Shown: positions 19,872 to 31,097, counted from the stretch's first letter. The stretch is DNA of 64,000 bases from an uncultured Fibrobacterales bacterium (GCA_963934255.1 CAWVXU010000003.1:10465-74464), one strand, 5' to 3'. The notes: generated by a model from the letters alone, not told the origin. Translations and numbers: made by a program.

Positions 19872-21149
19872 ATGAATTCATCAGCAGTATTAGAAAAATA
19901 TGGAAATCTAATCCATCTTAGTCCCACTCCTTTTCATGCAGTCACTATGAGTAAAGAACTTCTTCTGACTAGCGGTTTTCAAGAACTCCAGGACTCCGGC
20001 ACTTGGGAATTAAGCCCAGGTGAGAGCTACTTTGTCATACGTGAGAACTCGGCAATTATTGCGTTTAAAATACCTCAAAATTTATCATCCACTCCCGCCT
20101 TCAGAATTGTTGGGTCACACACTGACTCCCCCTGCTTTAAACTCAAATCCAATCCGACTTTAGCCAAAGAGGGATATCAGCAACTCAATGCTGAAGTTTA
20201 TGGTTCGCCCTTGCTTAATAGTTGGCTTGACCGCGATCTAAAAATGAGCGGGCTTGTCGTGGGTATGAGAAATGGCGAACTTTGTGACAAGATTTGCCAA
20301 TTGCCTTGGGTCGCTCGCATCCCCCAACTTGCTATTCACTTGGATCGCAATCTCAGTAAAGATGGACTCAAGCTCAATTCTCAAACTGAAATGACTCCTG
20401 TAATTGGGCTCGGATCCCAAACTCATGGAGAGTTTAAAAAGACTTTAGCTGATATTTTGAAGTTTGATGAAATCCTTTCTTGGGACCTTTGTTTTCATGA
20501 CACCCAAGCTCCCGCTTTAGGCGGTATGAACTCAGAATTTTTATTAGCTCCTCGACTTGATAATTTAGCGATGTTCTTCACCTCGGTTCACTCTTTAATC
20601 GAAACTCAAACAAGCTCATCACTTATCCCCATCATCGCAGCATTTAACCATGAGGAGGTCGGATCCACTTCACACGAAGGTGCCTCAGGCAACTTTCTTG
20701 AAAGCATACTTGAACGAGTATCTCAATCGCTTTCTATGGAACGCTGCTCCTATCTCGAATCCCTACCGCGCTCCCTTTTTATGAGTGCTGACATGGCTCA
20801 CGCAATACACCCCAATTTCCCTGGACGACACGACGCATCTCATGCTCCTCAAATCAACAACGGACCAGTACTCAAGACCAACGTCAATCAAAGATACGCC
20901 ACAAGCGCCTCAAGTGCCGCCAAAATAAAGTTGATTGCAAAGCAAGCCAATGTTGATTTGCAGGACTTTCATTCGCGAAATGACATGGGTTGTGGCTCCA
21001 CGATTGGACCTTCAAGTTGCTCAAGGCTTGGAATCCCGGGGCTAGATATTGGCAACCCAATGCTATCTATGCACTCTATTCGAGAAATGTGTGGTGTAGA
21101 GGATTTTGAGGCTATGGAAAGATTAATACAGAAATTCTTTGAATACTGA
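19872..21149 (+). CDS. apeB: M18 family (aspartyl) aminopeptidase
   Basis: SPTPFHAV, GSHTDSP, WLDRDL, IPQLAIHLDR, RLDNL, HEEVGS, SADMAHA, CGSTIGP, LSMHSIRE. Confidence 0.93.
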   Translation: MNSSAVLEKYGNLIHLSPTPFHAVTMSKELLLTSGFQELQDSGTWELSPGESYFVIRENSAIIAFKIPQNLSSTPAFRIVGSHTDSPCFKLKSNPTLAKEGYQQLNAEVYGSPLLNSWLDRDLKMSGLVVGMRNGELCDKICQLPWVARIPQLAIHLDRNLSKDGLKLNSQTEMTPVIGLGSQTHGEFKKTLADILKFDEILSWDLCFHDTQAPALGGMNSEFLLAPRLDNLAMFFTSVHSLIETQTSSSLIPIIAAFNHEEVGSTSHEGASGNFLESILERVSQSLSMERCSYLESLPRSLFMSADMAHAIHPNFPGRHDASHAPQINNGPVLKTNVNQRYATSASSAAKIKLIAKQANVDLQDFHSRNDMGCGSTIGPSSCSRLGIPGLDIGNPMLSMHSIREMCGVEDFEAMERLIQKFFEY

Positions 21150-21226
21150 CATTTCTTTTTTGTAAATTATAGGATAGGGAAGAGTCTTTTGTTAAGTTAA
21201 CATTAGGTTGAGTATCGAGGAATTGA

Positions 21227-21706
21227 ATGAGTCAAGACCCTTACATTCTAGATGAAAATGAACTTCAATTGCTAAAGGATGAGGCGCTGCCTTTTTTTCA
21301 TGAGCATTTAGAAGAATTCAGAAACTATGTCGTTCTCAAACTTGAAGATGATGCGCATGCATCTCTTTGGAAAATCACGATTGACTTTGTTTCTCATCTT
21401 AATTTGCCATTCAATATGCAACGATATATGAGCGTTCAAACCCAAAAAATTCGTAAATGCCTTATGGAAAACGAAGCTCAAAACAAACTCGATTATCAAT
21501 CAGTCAAAGTAGAAAAACAAAAGCTTGTAGCAGATTGGATTCGACGCGAAGCTCAATCTCACCGTGAAGATCAAATTAAAGCTCAAAAGTCTTGTCTAAA
21601 TCAATTTAAAAAACAGTTTGAAAAAGCACTTTATAAAGAACTATTCACATGTGATATCCCGCTCCCACTCCTTAATATCATCATCAGCCACGACAACAAC
21701 GTTTAG
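21227..21706 (+). CDS. Hypothetical helical cytoplasmic protein
   Basis: 159-aa ORF with GAGG SD filling the gap between apeB and lpxA; no family recognised with confidence. Confidence 0.65.
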   Translation: MSQDPYILDENELQLLKDEALPFFHEHLEEFRNYVVLKLEDDAHASLWKITIDFVSHLNLPFNMQRYMSVQTQKIRKCLMENEAQNKLDYQSVKVEKQKLVADWIRREAQSHREDQIKAQKSCLNQFKKQFEKALYKELFTCDIPLPLLNIIISHDNNV

Positions 21707-21753
21707 TAAAACCTTATTCTAATTGAGTCTAAAGCTTTTTAAAAAACGAATCT

Positions 21754-22533
21754 TTAAGGTCGTACGACGCCATTCTTTGCATTTTCAATCCATTTAGATA
21801 TCGTTTTTCTAGAATATTCATCAACTGTTTGATCCACAACAATATCTTCTAGTTTAACTTTAATTGAACCCGAAGCAAAAGCCACATCAAGAATTTTTCG
21901 GAAGGTTTTAATCTGTATAGAATCAAACCCGGCTTTGCGCAGCCCGACAATATTGAGTCCAGCCCACTTCAATGGCTCACCCAAGGCTCGAGACCAGGGA
22001 GGTACATCGCGTACTACTTTAAGTGTGCCCCCCATAAAACTATACTCACCAATTCGAGTAAACTGCTGTACAGCCACTCCACCCCCGAGTACCGCACCTT
22101 GACCAATAAAGACGTGTCCACCTAGTTGAACTCTATTAGCTAACACGACATCATTTTCTAAAACACAATCGTGAGCCACATGCGCGTAGGCCATCACAAG
22201 ACAACGTTCACCCACTTTTGTAGGTATGTGAGTATCGACACTAGAATTAAGTGTTGTGTATTCTCTCAGCGTTGTATGAGAACCAATAATCAGTCCAGCA
22301 GTCTGTCCTTCAAACTTCATATCTTGTGGAGGAGAGCCCACAATGGCTCCATCAAATACTTTGACATTTTCTCCGAGCCGAACCCCTGGATAGAGATGGG
22401 CTCGAGGAGATATATGACAACCATCTCCAATGACCACATCAGCATCGATGACAGCATCAGCGTCAATGGAAACTCCTGAACCAATAATTGTTTCAGGAGA
22501 GACGATTGCCCTTGGGTGAATTAAAGAATTCAC
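21754..22533 (-). CDS. lpxA: UDP-N-acetylglucosamine O-acyltransferase
   Basis: Hexapeptide repeats, PPQDMKF, REYTT, AHVAHDC, GHV, GLNIVGLRK; downstream of fabZ. Confidence 0.92.
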   Translation of the reverse strand: MNSLIHPRAIVSPETIIGSGVSIDADAVIDADVVIGDGCHISPRAHLYPGVRLGENVKVFDGAIVGSPPQDMKFEGQTAGLIIGSHTTLREYTTLNSSVDTHIPTKVGERCLVMAYAHVAHDCVLENDVVLANRVQLGGHVFIGQGAVLGGGVAVQQFTRIGEYSFMGGTLKVVRDVPPWSRALGEPLKWAGLNIVGLRKAGFDSIQIKTFRKILDVAFASGSIKVKLEDIVVDQTVDEYSRKTISKWIENAKNGVVRP

Positions 22534-22541
22534 CTTTTTAA

Positions 22542-23012
22542 TTACACCATAGTTGCAGTAAGAACTGCATCAGATACACATTTGTCACCCACATAACACT
22601 TGGCTTGTGCTGAACCAATTCCACGACGGAATTTTTCAATATTAACTTCCATGCGAATAGTATCACCTGGGCGAACTGGTGCACGGAAACGACATTTGTC
22701 CACACCCATAAATGCAGGACGCTTACCTTGGGTAAATTCTGGCTCAGCCAAATACATCAAGATACAGAAAACTTGTGCCATCGCTTCAACTTGCATCACA
22801 CCAGGCATGACAGGCTCTGAAGGGAAGTGACCTTGGAAATAGGGCTCGTTAAATGTCACATTTTTGATTGCAGTGATGACGCCATCCTCAAATGATACAA
22901 CTTTATCTACCAGAAGAAAGGGATATCTATGAGGAAGTATCTCTAAAATCCCAGCATAATCAATCAATACGTTGGGGTCTTGGGGCTTGGGTAGGTTATC
23001 TAAAATACTCAT
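22542..23012 (-). CDS. fabZ: 3-hydroxyacyl-ACP dehydratase
   Basis: LPHRYPFLLVD, KNVTFNEPYFQGHFP, PGVMQVEAMAQ, FRAPVRPGD. Confidence 0.97.
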   Translation of the reverse strand: MSILDNLPKPQDPNVLIDYAGILEILPHRYPFLLVDKVVSFEDGVITAIKNVTFNEPYFQGHFPSEPVMPGVMQVEAMAQVFCILMYLAEPEFTQGKRPAFMGVDKCRFRAPVRPGDTIRMEVNIEKFRRGIGSAQAKCYVGDKCVSDAVLTATMV

Positions 23013-23934
23013 CTAAAAGTCCTTTTAAGATTTGGTGGTGTTCAAAGTGTCCTGCATTTCGCAAGGAGTACGGTCCTCTTGGGAGCCTGAGAGAGAAGAT
23101 AGCCAAATCACCAATGAAATCCACACATTTATGTAAGAGAAATTCACGCTCAATAGAGCCTTGAGGAACACGATGATAGTGATTCCAAGTCCAAACTCCT
23201 AAGCCCGGCCCCTGCTGAATACTAGCCCACCCGGATTCAAAATTGGCACCGACCAGAAGACCTTTGTTTTTGAGCGCTTCCAAATCCTTAGCTTGAATAA
23301 AGCTTCGGGCACAAAGAAGTTCTTGGATTAATTGACTTTTTTCAAGCAAAGACAGGCTACCTAAACTCCAGACCACTTGCCCAGAAGAATTAGCATTTTT
23401 TAGATGAGTGAGTTCATATTGAATTAAAAACTGAGTGCCGTTTTGATGGCCATTATTTATTAGGAAGTTATGAATCAACTCATCTTTTGTGATTGCTAAG
23501 GTTTGAGTAAGATGAATAATCCATGGCCAAGCACTGCCATCTAAAATTGGGAACTCCTCCGACTCCAATCTCACATAGAGATCTTTATTGAGAATTTGAA
23601 AACTTGGATATGCAAATACTAGTGCAGCAAGGAAATGCTCTGGAGTCTTGAGCTGAAAAGTATCTCGGTTAACAATGTCTTTTTTAAATTTTTGCCCTGA
23701 GAATGTCACTGAGTCATCCAGAAGAAGTGTCATCCAGGTAGCGTTAAAAGCTTCTAATTTTGGTGCTTGCTTCAAAGCCCACACTCCCTCTTCGTACCAT
23801 TTCTGATAACTACTCATACCCTGGAGTTTAATAAAGACTCGACCTTGCCCTGAAAGAGTGTAAAGATGGACTTGATTAAGAATATCTGAGTGAACACCTC
23901 GACCCTGAACTTCAGCTTTCACTGATTTTCTCAT
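22996..23934 (-). CDS. lpxC: Divergent UDP-3-O-acyl-GlcNAc deacetylase
   Basis: GRGVHS, TPEHFLAAL, EFPILDGSA, ARSF, HKCVDFIGDL, AGH; lies between lpxD and fabZ. Confidence 0.8.
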   Translation of the reverse strand: MRKSVKAEVQGRGVHSDILNQVHLYTLSGQGRVFIKLQGMSSYQKWYEEGVWALKQAPKLEAFNATWMTLLLDDSVTFSGQKFKKDIVNRDTFQLKTPEHFLAALVFAYPSFQILNKDLYVRLESEEFPILDGSAWPWIIHLTQTLAITKDELIHNFLINNGHQNGTQFLIQYELTHLKNANSSGQVVWSLGSLSLLEKSQLIQELLCARSFIQAKDLEALKNKGLLVGANFESGWASIQQGPGLGVWTWNHYHRVPQGSIEREFLLHKCVDFIGDLAIFSLRLPRGPYSLRNAGHFEHHQILKGLLDEYFR

Positions 23935-25048
23935 CTGGATTTTCTGTGGTTTCTGAAAACTTTATACTGTCGGAGATCGTAGCAGCCTTGTTTGTAGACT
24001 TTTCATGAGTCAATAAATAGTTCATACGATGCCATTTTCTAATAGGCATTGATGGGAACCCTGCATGGGTCATTCCCGCTTGAACATCCTTGATCACTCC
24101 GGCTTTGGCTGCTATTTGAGCTCCGGTCCCGATGGTGATGTGGTCTTTAATCTGCGCTCCCCCAGCGATAGCTACATTATCACCAATAACACTTGAGCCA
24201 CCTACACCACTTTGTGACGCCATAAATACATTTTTGCCTAGAAGGGTATGGTGACCTATTTGCACAAAGCTATCAAGCTGTGAACCCGTTCCTACTTGAG
24301 TAGGGATAAGAGAGCCTGAAGCGATGACGCATTGAGGACCAATTGACACTCTGTCTTCAATCTTGACTCCAGCTAGATGAGGGATATGTTGACCTTCTTT
24401 GTCATAGCCAAATCCTTCACTACCAATCACCGTATTAGCCATGATATGTGAATCTGCACCAATTGTCGAACCTGGATAAATCTTCACACCTGCATCAATC
24501 TTGGTATTCTCACCAATCGAGGTGTTAGTTCCTATCCAAACAAGTGGACCAATGCTAACACCAATCGCGATAGAGCCCTCTACCACCGAGCTAGGGTGAA
24601 TCTGAGCTTGTTGAGTTATGTGCCGGGAATCTGTAGCTGATTCTTTATGACCTATATCTTCTGTCTGCCCAAACTTTTCTAATGTCAATTCTTCCAAGAC
24701 ATCTCTATGGAGGAAATCACCTAACTGTATTTTTAATTGAAGTTGAGCCAATGGGTCGTTGAAAATTGAAAAATTCCAATTTATTAATAAATCAGGTTGT
24801 ATGTTCAATCGTTTAATAAGGTAGTTCTTAGATGATTTAGAGACCCAGAAATGTAAAGTTAGATACAGTAATTTCTGAATATTTTCTTCGGATTCTGGTT
24901 GCGAATTGAAATGTAAATCAAGCCAAGAATCAACATCTGCGATCTTATTAAGGATGATAAGAGAGTTTTTGATTGGATATTCTCTTGGATCGAGAATTTG
25001 CTTTATAGAGATATTTGCTAATTCACTAGCTGGATTAACTTTTAACAC
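23912..25048 (-). CDS. lpxD: UDP-3-O-acyl-glucosamine N-acyltransferase with atypical N-terminal domain
   Basis: Hexapeptide repeats, IGSEGFGY, IPH, LDSFVQIGH, GQIKDH-like segment, GFP; follows skp. Confidence 0.85.
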   Translation of the reverse strand: MLKVNPASELANISIKQILDPREYPIKNSLIILNKIADVDSWLDLHFNSQPESEENIQKLLYLTLHFWVSKSSKNYLIKRLNIQPDLLINWNFSIFNDPLAQLQLKIQLGDFLHRDVLEELTLEKFGQTEDIGHKESATDSRHITQQAQIHPSSVVEGSIAIGVSIGPLVWIGTNTSIGENTKIDAGVKIYPGSTIGADSHIMANTVIGSEGFGYDKEGQHIPHLAGVKIEDRVSIGPQCVIASGSLIPTQVGTGSQLDSFVQIGHHTLLGKNVFMASQSGVGGSSVIGDNVAIAGGAQIKDHITIGTGAQIAAKAGVIKDVQAGMTHAGFPSMPIRKWHRMNYLLTHEKSTNKAATISDSIKFSETTENPDEKISES

Positions 25049-25063
25049 AAGGCTATTAGAAGG

Positions 25064-25579
25064 TTAAGGCTTTTTAGTCGCGTTTAACTCGTCAAGTACT
25101 CTTTGAGTCAAATCATGCTCAGCTTTCCAAAAAACGACTGCACCACTTGCTCTATCGACAACCATATCATAGCCTTCTTGTAAAGATATTTCGTTGATGG
25201 CTGCTCGCACTTCTTGAATAAGTGGGGCTGAGATTTTTTGATTTTCTGCTACAAGCTCGCCATTCATACCATAAATCTTATCAACAAAAGCGCCCAGTGT
25301 TGCTTCTTTTTGTGCAAGCTCACCCTCCAACTCTTGCTTTTTTTCTTCAGATAGGATAAGTGATTGTTTGTCAAGTTGCTCAAGAAGATAGGCGACTTCT
25401 TTTTGAAGCAAGTTAGATTCTTGCTCCCACTTGGCTAACTTTTGATCATATTGATCTTGAATACTTGAAGCACCCTTGTATTTTTTGAGGATTATTCTGG
25501 AGTCTACATGAGCCACTCTCATATCTTGTGACCAAGTCAAAGATATCATCACTACAAGAAGTAATATAAAGTGCCTCAT
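25064..25579 (-). CDS. skp: OmpH/Skp periplasmic chaperone
   Basis: Signal peptide, VAHVDS, coiled coil, GYDMVVD, DLTQRVL; between bamA and lpxD. Confidence 0.9.
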   Translation of the reverse strand: MRHFILLLVVMISLTWSQDMRVAHVDSRIILKKYKGASSIQDQYDQKLAKWEQESNLLQKEVAYLLEQLDKQSLILSEEKKQELEGELAQKEATLGAFVDKIYGMNGELVAENQKISAPLIQEVRAAINEISLQEGYDMVVDRASGAVVFWKAEHDLTQRVLDELNATKKP

Positions 25580-25588
25580 TATCTCTCC

Positions 25589-28378
25589 TTAGAAACCTTG
25601 TTCAATCACAAAGTTAAGCCTGTACTCGTCTGAATAGTTAGTGCCTTCAATTTGGTTTAATTTATCCATATCTAATGGCCAACCAAAGTCAAATCCAATA
25701 ATCCCCAACATAGGCACAATAACTCTAAACCCAAAACCAACGTCTCTCACCATTTGGTTGAGGTCAATTTCTTCCCAAGGCTTAGGAAGATCTTTTTCTT
25801 CAGGTACATCGGATGATTCGGAGAAAGACTGCCCGTATACCATACCAGCATCGAAGAATGCTTGTAAATAGAATCTGTTTTCCGCAACTGGATATGTCAA
25901 CTGAGAAGTAAATGAACTATAGGTACGTCCAATTCGACTGAGACCAATCGCACCTGGGTCATATCCACGCATTTTACCCTGATAGCCGAGCATACCACCC
26001 ATCTGATAGAGTGAAAAATATTGAATTGAAGGTCCAGCGATAATGCCTAAATGATTTTCAAGACCGAGAGCGAGACCACCCACAATTGGGAACCACCACT
26101 TAATTTCAGTTTCTGTTTTAATAAAATTAAAGTTGTCTTGCTTTCTATAATCCGTTGATTCCACAATTGGAAAAGCATAAGTAACTGATACTTTGTAGCG
26201 AGAACCTTCTGTAGGAAATTGTGGTAAATTTTTATCATCACGAATCAGTGTGATACCAGCTGATGTTTCATACCCAGTCTTTTGAATGATGCCCCGATTG
26301 TTATCACCTTGAACATTTTCTTGGAATGAAAGATCACTCTGTACGTAGAAGTAATCGTCAGGCCAAGTTAAGCGACGCCCAAGGAATGTAGAGACACCAC
26401 GACGCATCACATCTTCACGACCTGCTAATTTGTATTTCGAATAGTTAGCACGAGCTCCAAGACTTGTTGGCGTATCCATAAACCAAGGCTCACTAAATCC
26501 AATTGAGTAATTTTCACGGTTAGCACCATATTCAATATTAAGATCTGCCCGTTGCCCATCACCCAAACAACAGTTAGGGATAGAAAGCCCCAAAGTACCC
26601 ACAAGACCATCACGAGCTGAAAATGCCATACCTGCGGTAAACTGCCCTGTACCAGCTTCGCGCTCTGCTACACTAAAGACAAGATCAACTTCCTGCTCAC
26701 CTACCACTTTAACATCAGGAAGAACATTATCAAAATAGTTGAGCTGCATGATATCTCGGAAAGATCTTTCCATAAGAGATTGACGATATGTGTCGCCAGG
26801 GAAAAGTTTGATTTCACGACGAATCACTTTATCTTTAGTCGTTGTATTATCAGTGATGATGACTTTACGAACCGAAGCAGGCAATCCTTCAGTTATCACA
26901 AAAGTGACATCGACTAGCGAATCTCTATAAGTTTTTTGTTCATCTATGCGGACAAACAAATATCCATCTTCGCGGTAAAGACCGTAGACTCGTTGAACCA
27001 TTTCCTGATATTTAGCTTCATTGAAAGTTTCGCCTTCTACAAGATTGACTTGAGAGTTGAGTACTGGATCAGTCAGGACTTTGTTTTCTAAAAAGGTAAA
27101 GCGCCCAGCATAGTATTTGCGGCCTTCATGTACCTTTGAGTATAAACGAACTTTAGAAGAATGAATTGACTCAGAGAAGCGAGCTAGTGGATAGTTTTCT
27201 TCTAAGATTAAACGAAGCGCCAAACGATCATCTATTGCTGAGCGCTTTGTTTGTGATAATAATTTAGTTAATTTTGCGTTTTTGAATGTACGGTCTTCTA
27301 CAAGGATATCTATAGCAAGGCTTCTTAGCTCTTCTTGTTCAATAAGTCGGTTAAGAAACAGCACTAGCTCTTCTTCATTACCAAACGGCTTTACGCGAGT
27401 TGATTGAGGTGTTTTGCCTTTAGCGCCAAAGCGTCTCTTGTAAAGATTATTAGTGCTTTGGTTTTGATCATATAACCGAGCAAGTGCTGAGCCCTCTTTG
27501 AGAATATCTTCGTTAACAGATTTAAGTAAAGTACCGAGTTCGATATCACCTTGAGTGATATCCCCTCCATAAAATCTATAGCTTGTATCAGGTAAGTATT
27601 CATTTCTATATTCAAGTACCTCCGCATCTAAATATCCAAATCGATGATAGGTATTAACAATACTGTCTTGATCTGACTCCCAAGCTTCTTCTTTATACTC
27701 ACCAGCTGCGTACCAGTGATCAACAGAAGACTCTAAATGTTTTATGATTTCTTCGGCATTAACAAGGGTATTGCCTTCAATTTTAATTTCTTCAACTGTG
27801 ACTTTTTGTCCTTCAACAATTCTAAAAGTCACATCTGTGCGACCTGTTTCCGGATTCACAATTTTATCTAGATAGACTTCCACAAGTAAAAATCCATCGT
27901 CTTTATACTGTTGAATTATACGCTGGCGATTACGCTCTAAGTCTGCTTGTCCAAAGACTTGGCCCTCAACAAGACGAATACGGTCTTCAATGTCTTCAGT
28001 CATTATTTCGTCATTGCCGGACACTTCATATCGACCTAGGGTCGGGCGTTCGGTTATATTAAAGATAAATATGACATCTGATGTGGCATCGGGATATTCA
28101 ACTTCAACATTGATGTCTGAAAAAAGACCTGATTTGTGAAGTTTTTCAATGGATTCAGAAACCTTATCACGCAAAATTGCAGGGTGATAGGATTTGTCTA
28201 CTGTGAAGGTCAAACGAGACAATACGACGCTTTGATCAACAAACTGATTGCCAAACACACGAATCTCTTTGACTCTGTTTGCTTTTAATTGAGTTGATTC
28301 GTTCAAGAATTGCGCTTGAACACTTTGAGGTCTACCCAAAGCAAGGAAAATAAAAATGACCAAATATCTCATATGCAT
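25589..28378 (-). CDS. bamA: Outer membrane protein assembly factor BamA with insertion in POTRA3
   Basis: Five POTRA-type repeats (GN...GY/GF...EG), TKDKVIRRE, EPWF, MRGY, FFDAG, GFDFGW, terminal Phe. Confidence 0.95.
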   Translation of the reverse strand: MHMRYLVIFIFLALGRPQSVQAQFLNESTQLKANRVKEIRVFGNQFVDQSVVLSRLTFTVDKSYHPAILRDKVSESIEKLHKSGLFSDINVEVEYPDATSDVIFIFNITERPTLGRYEVSGNDEIMTEDIEDRIRLVEGQVFGQADLERNRQRIIQQYKDDGFLLVEVYLDKIVNPETGRTDVTFRIVEGQKVTVEEIKIEGNTLVNAEEIIKHLESSVDHWYAAGEYKEEAWESDQDSIVNTYHRFGYLDAEVLEYRNEYLPDTSYRFYGGDITQGDIELGTLLKSVNEDILKEGSALARLYDQNQSTNNLYKRRFGAKGKTPQSTRVKPFGNEEELVLFLNRLIEQEELRSLAIDILVEDRTFKNAKLTKLLSQTKRSAIDDRLALRLILEENYPLARFSESIHSSKVRLYSKVHEGRKYYAGRFTFLENKVLTDPVLNSQVNLVEGETFNEAKYQEMVQRVYGLYREDGYLFVRIDEQKTYRDSLVDVTFVITEGLPASVRKVIITDNTTTKDKVIRREIKLFPGDTYRQSLMERSFRDIMQLNYFDNVLPDVKVVGEQEVDLVFSVAEREAGTGQFTAGMAFSARDGLVGTLGLSIPNCCLGDGQRADLNIEYGANRENYSIGFSEPWFMDTPTSLGARANYSKYKLAGREDVMRRGVSTFLGRRLTWPDDYFYVQSDLSFQENVQGDNNRGIIQKTGYETSAGITLIRDDKNLPQFPTEGSRYKVSVTYAFPIVESTDYRKQDNFNFIKTETEIKWWFPIVGGLALGLENHLGIIAGPSIQYFSLYQMGGMLGYQGKMRGYDPGAIGLSRIGRTYSSFTSQLTYPVAENRFYLQAFFDAGMVYGQSFSESSDVPEEKDLPKPWEEIDLNQMVRDVGFGFRVIVPMLGIIGFDFGWPLDMDKLNQIEGTNYSDEYRLNFVIEQGF

Positions 28379-28423
28379 GTAATAATCTTCTAAAATTTTG
28401 TTCTGCCAAGCTAGTGTAAAACT

Positions 28424-28449
28424 AAAAACCCGGAGTCTACGACACCGGG
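28424..28449 (-). terminator. Possible intrinsic terminator after clpC
   Basis: Minus strand CCCGGTGTC-GTA-GACTCCGGG (one mismatch) followed by TTTTT. Confidence 0.55.
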
Positions 28450-28491
28450 CAAAATAACAAGTTCTAAGGCGAAAACCTTTATTTTTATGAT

Positions 28492-31032
28492 TTAGTCTTC
28501 AGATTCTTTGTTTGAAGTCAGGATTTCTGCTTCAATTGGTGAAGATTCATCAGATGACTCCATCTGAAGATCTTTTCTGAGCTCTGAACTAAAGGTCAGA
28601 CCCTTTTCACTTTTGCCTACTTTGACCACAGATTTGTTAAGAATATTGCCATTAAGGAAGGATTCAGCTAACTCATCTTCTACAAGATTCTGAATTGATC
28701 TAGCAAGAGGTCGAGCTCCAAGCATAGGGTCATAACCTTCTTTGATAATATGAGCCTTAGCCTCATCATCCACTTCTAGAATGACTTGACGTTCTTCTAG
28801 TCGTTTTTGGAGGTCATCGAGTTGAATATCAACTACTTCGACAAGATCTTCTTCATTGAGCGATCTAAAAATCACTAAATCATCTACCCGATTGATAAAT
28901 TCAGGGTTAAAAACTCTTTTGATTTCATCGCGAATTTGACGATCCATGCGGTCATATTCAGCTTCATCAGTTGCTTTGGCAAAACCCATACCTGTGCCAC
29001 GGCGCAGGTATTTGGCTCCCACATTAGAAGTCATAATAATAATTGTGTTTTTAAAGTTCACTCGACGCCCATAGGAGTCCGTCAAAATACCATCATCAAG
29101 AATTTGAAGAAGAATGTTAAATACATCAGGGTGAGCTTTTTCAATTTCATCCAGTAATATTATAGAATAAGGTTTCTTGCGAACTTTTTCAGTCAATTGA
29201 CCGCCTTGTTCATCATAACCAACATAGCCAGGAGGGGCACCAATCAGTCTAGATACAGAGAATTTTTCCATATATTCAGACATATCGATACGAATCATGG
29301 CATCATCGTTTTCAAATAAGCTATGAGTTAAAGCTTTGGCTAGCTCAGTTTTACCCACACCGGTTGGCCCTAAGAACATAAATGAACCCATGGGACGGCT
29401 CGTGTTATGAATCCCCGCCCTTGAACGACGGATCGATTTGGAAATTGATTTTAGGGCTGCTTCTTGACCAATGACTCTTTTTCTGAGCTCGTCTTCAAGG
29501 TTAAGCACTTTGTGAACCTCTGAATCAGCCATGCGAGTCAATGGAATACTTGTCATTTTCGAAATCACCTCACGGATGTGGTCTTGATTGACAATCAGAA
29601 GCTCTTGTTTACGATCTTCACGCCATTTCACTTTCATCTCAGCAATCTCAGCTTTGAGCGTATCTTGCTCATCGCGAAGTTTGGCGGCTTTTTCGTAGTC
29701 TTGGTTTTCGACGGCGCCTTCTTTATTCTTGATTATCACATCAAGGTCAGTTTCTTTGGCGCGCATCTCTGGTGGGATTTCTAATGATGTCAAACGCACG
29801 CGGGCACCTGCTTCATCAAGAATATCAATGGCTTTATCAGGAAGAGCTCGATCACTCATGTAGCGTTCAGACAATTGAACCGCTGACTCAAGTGCGTCAT
29901 CAGTATAAGTCACTTTATGGTGATTTTCATACTTAGGACGAAGACCTTTCATTATTTGCAATGTCTCGGTCACTGAAGGAGGATCCACTAGGATTGTTTG
30001 GAAACGACGCTCAAGAGCACCGTCTTTTTCAATAAATTTACGGTATTCATCCAATGTCGTCGCACCTATACACTGTAGGTCTCCACGAGCCAAAGCTGGT
30101 TTAAAGATATTAGACGCATCAAGTGAGCCTTCTGACCCACCTGCCCCCACGATAGTGTGTAATTCATCAATGAAGATGATTACATCGCGATTTTTCTGAA
30201 GCTCTACCATCAAGGCTTTGAGACGCTCTTCAAATTGTCCGCGATACTTAGTACCGGCGACAATAGATGCCATATCAAGTGTCACCACTCGCTTATCTTC
30301 TAAAATTTCAGGGATTTTCTTCTGCACAATGGCTTGGGCTAGCCCCTCTACGATAGCAGTTTTACCAACACCTGGCTCGCCGATTAAACAAGGGTTGTTT
30401 TTCTTGCGTCGGCTCAAAATTTGAATGATTCGCTCAATTTCTTCGGATCGACCAATTATAGGATCCAATTCACCCGTTTTGGCAACTTCCGTGAGATCCC
30501 GACCAAAATGATCTAAGAATGGCGTTTTAGATTTCTTTTTGGAATCTTTGGCTTCTTCACTATCCGGTGCAACAGAGCTTGAGACACCTGAAGACCCGTT
30601 AAGAACTCGTTCGATTTCTTCTTTGACTTTGGCATACTCTACATTGACAGTGGCAAGAGCGTTGGCCGCAGCAGACTCATTATCTTTCATGAGAGCGAGT
30701 AACAAATGTTCGGTACCAATATATCGGTGACCCATATTGGCAGCTTCTTGAGCTGCTACCTCTAGGACCTTTTTGGCTCTGGGGGTAAATGGAATCATCT
30801 GTCCGATAGTCATCATAGAACCTGTTGCGGTGATTGATCGCTCAATATCACGACTGAGTTCACCCAAATCGACGTTTAAATTTTTAAGAACCGTGATGGC
30901 AACGCCTTCACCTTCGCGGATGAGGCCAAGTAACAAATGTTCTGTCCCTACATAATCGTTGCCTAGGCGCACTGATTCTTCACGCGCTAATTGCATGACC
31001 TTCTTTACTCGGTCAGTAAACATTCCGTTCAC
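28492..31032 (-). CDS. clpC: ATP-dependent Clp protease ATPase subunit ClpC
   Basis: Two Clp-N repeats (GTEHLLL), Walker A GEPGVGKT and [11 protein letters not shown]-type middle domain ([11 protein letters not shown]), GARPL. Confidence 0.96.
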   Translation of the reverse strand: MNGMFTDRVKKVMQLAREESVRLGNDYVGTEHLLLGLIREGEGVAITVLKNLNVDLGELSRDIERSITATGSMMTIGQMIPFTPRAKKVLEVAAQEAANMGHRYIGTEHLLLALMKDNESAAANALATVNVEYAKVKEEIERVLNGSSGVSSSVAPDSEEAKDSKKKSKTPFLDHFGRDLTEVAKTGELDPIIGRSEEIERIIQILSRRKKNNPCLIGEPGVGKTAIVEGLAQAIVQKKIPEILEDKRVVTLDMASIVAGTKYRGQFEERLKALMVELQKNRDVIIFIDELHTIVGAGGSEGSLDASNIFKPALARGDLQCIGATTLDEYRKFIEKDGALERRFQTILVDPPSVTETLQIMKGLRPKYENHHKVTYTDDALESAVQLSERYMSDRALPDKAIDILDEAGARVRLTSLEIPPEMRAKETDLDVIIKNKEGAVENQDYEKAAKLRDEQDTLKAEIAEMKVKWREDRKQELLIVNQDHIREVISKMTSIPLTRMADSEVHKVLNLEDELRKRVIGQEAALKSISKSIRRSRAGIHNTSRPMGSFMFLGPTGVGKTELAKALTHSLFENDDAMIRIDMSEYMEKFSVSRLIGAPPGYVGYDEQGGQLTEKVRKKPYSIILLDEIEKAHPDVFNILLQILDDGILTDSYGRRVNFKNTIIIMTSNVGAKYLRRGTGMGFAKATDEAEYDRMDRQIRDEIKRVFNPEFINRVDDLVIFRSLNEEDLVEVVDIQLDDLQKRLEERQVILEVDDEAKAHIIKEGYDPMLGARPLARSIQNLVEDELAESFLNGNILNKSVVKVGKSEKGLTFSSELRKDLQMESSDESSPIEAEILTSNKESED

Positions 31033-31097
31033 ACAAACTCCCTCGTCTTTAGTTTTTTGAAGTACTCTATTGTTTTATTATACCAAATCATTATCAA

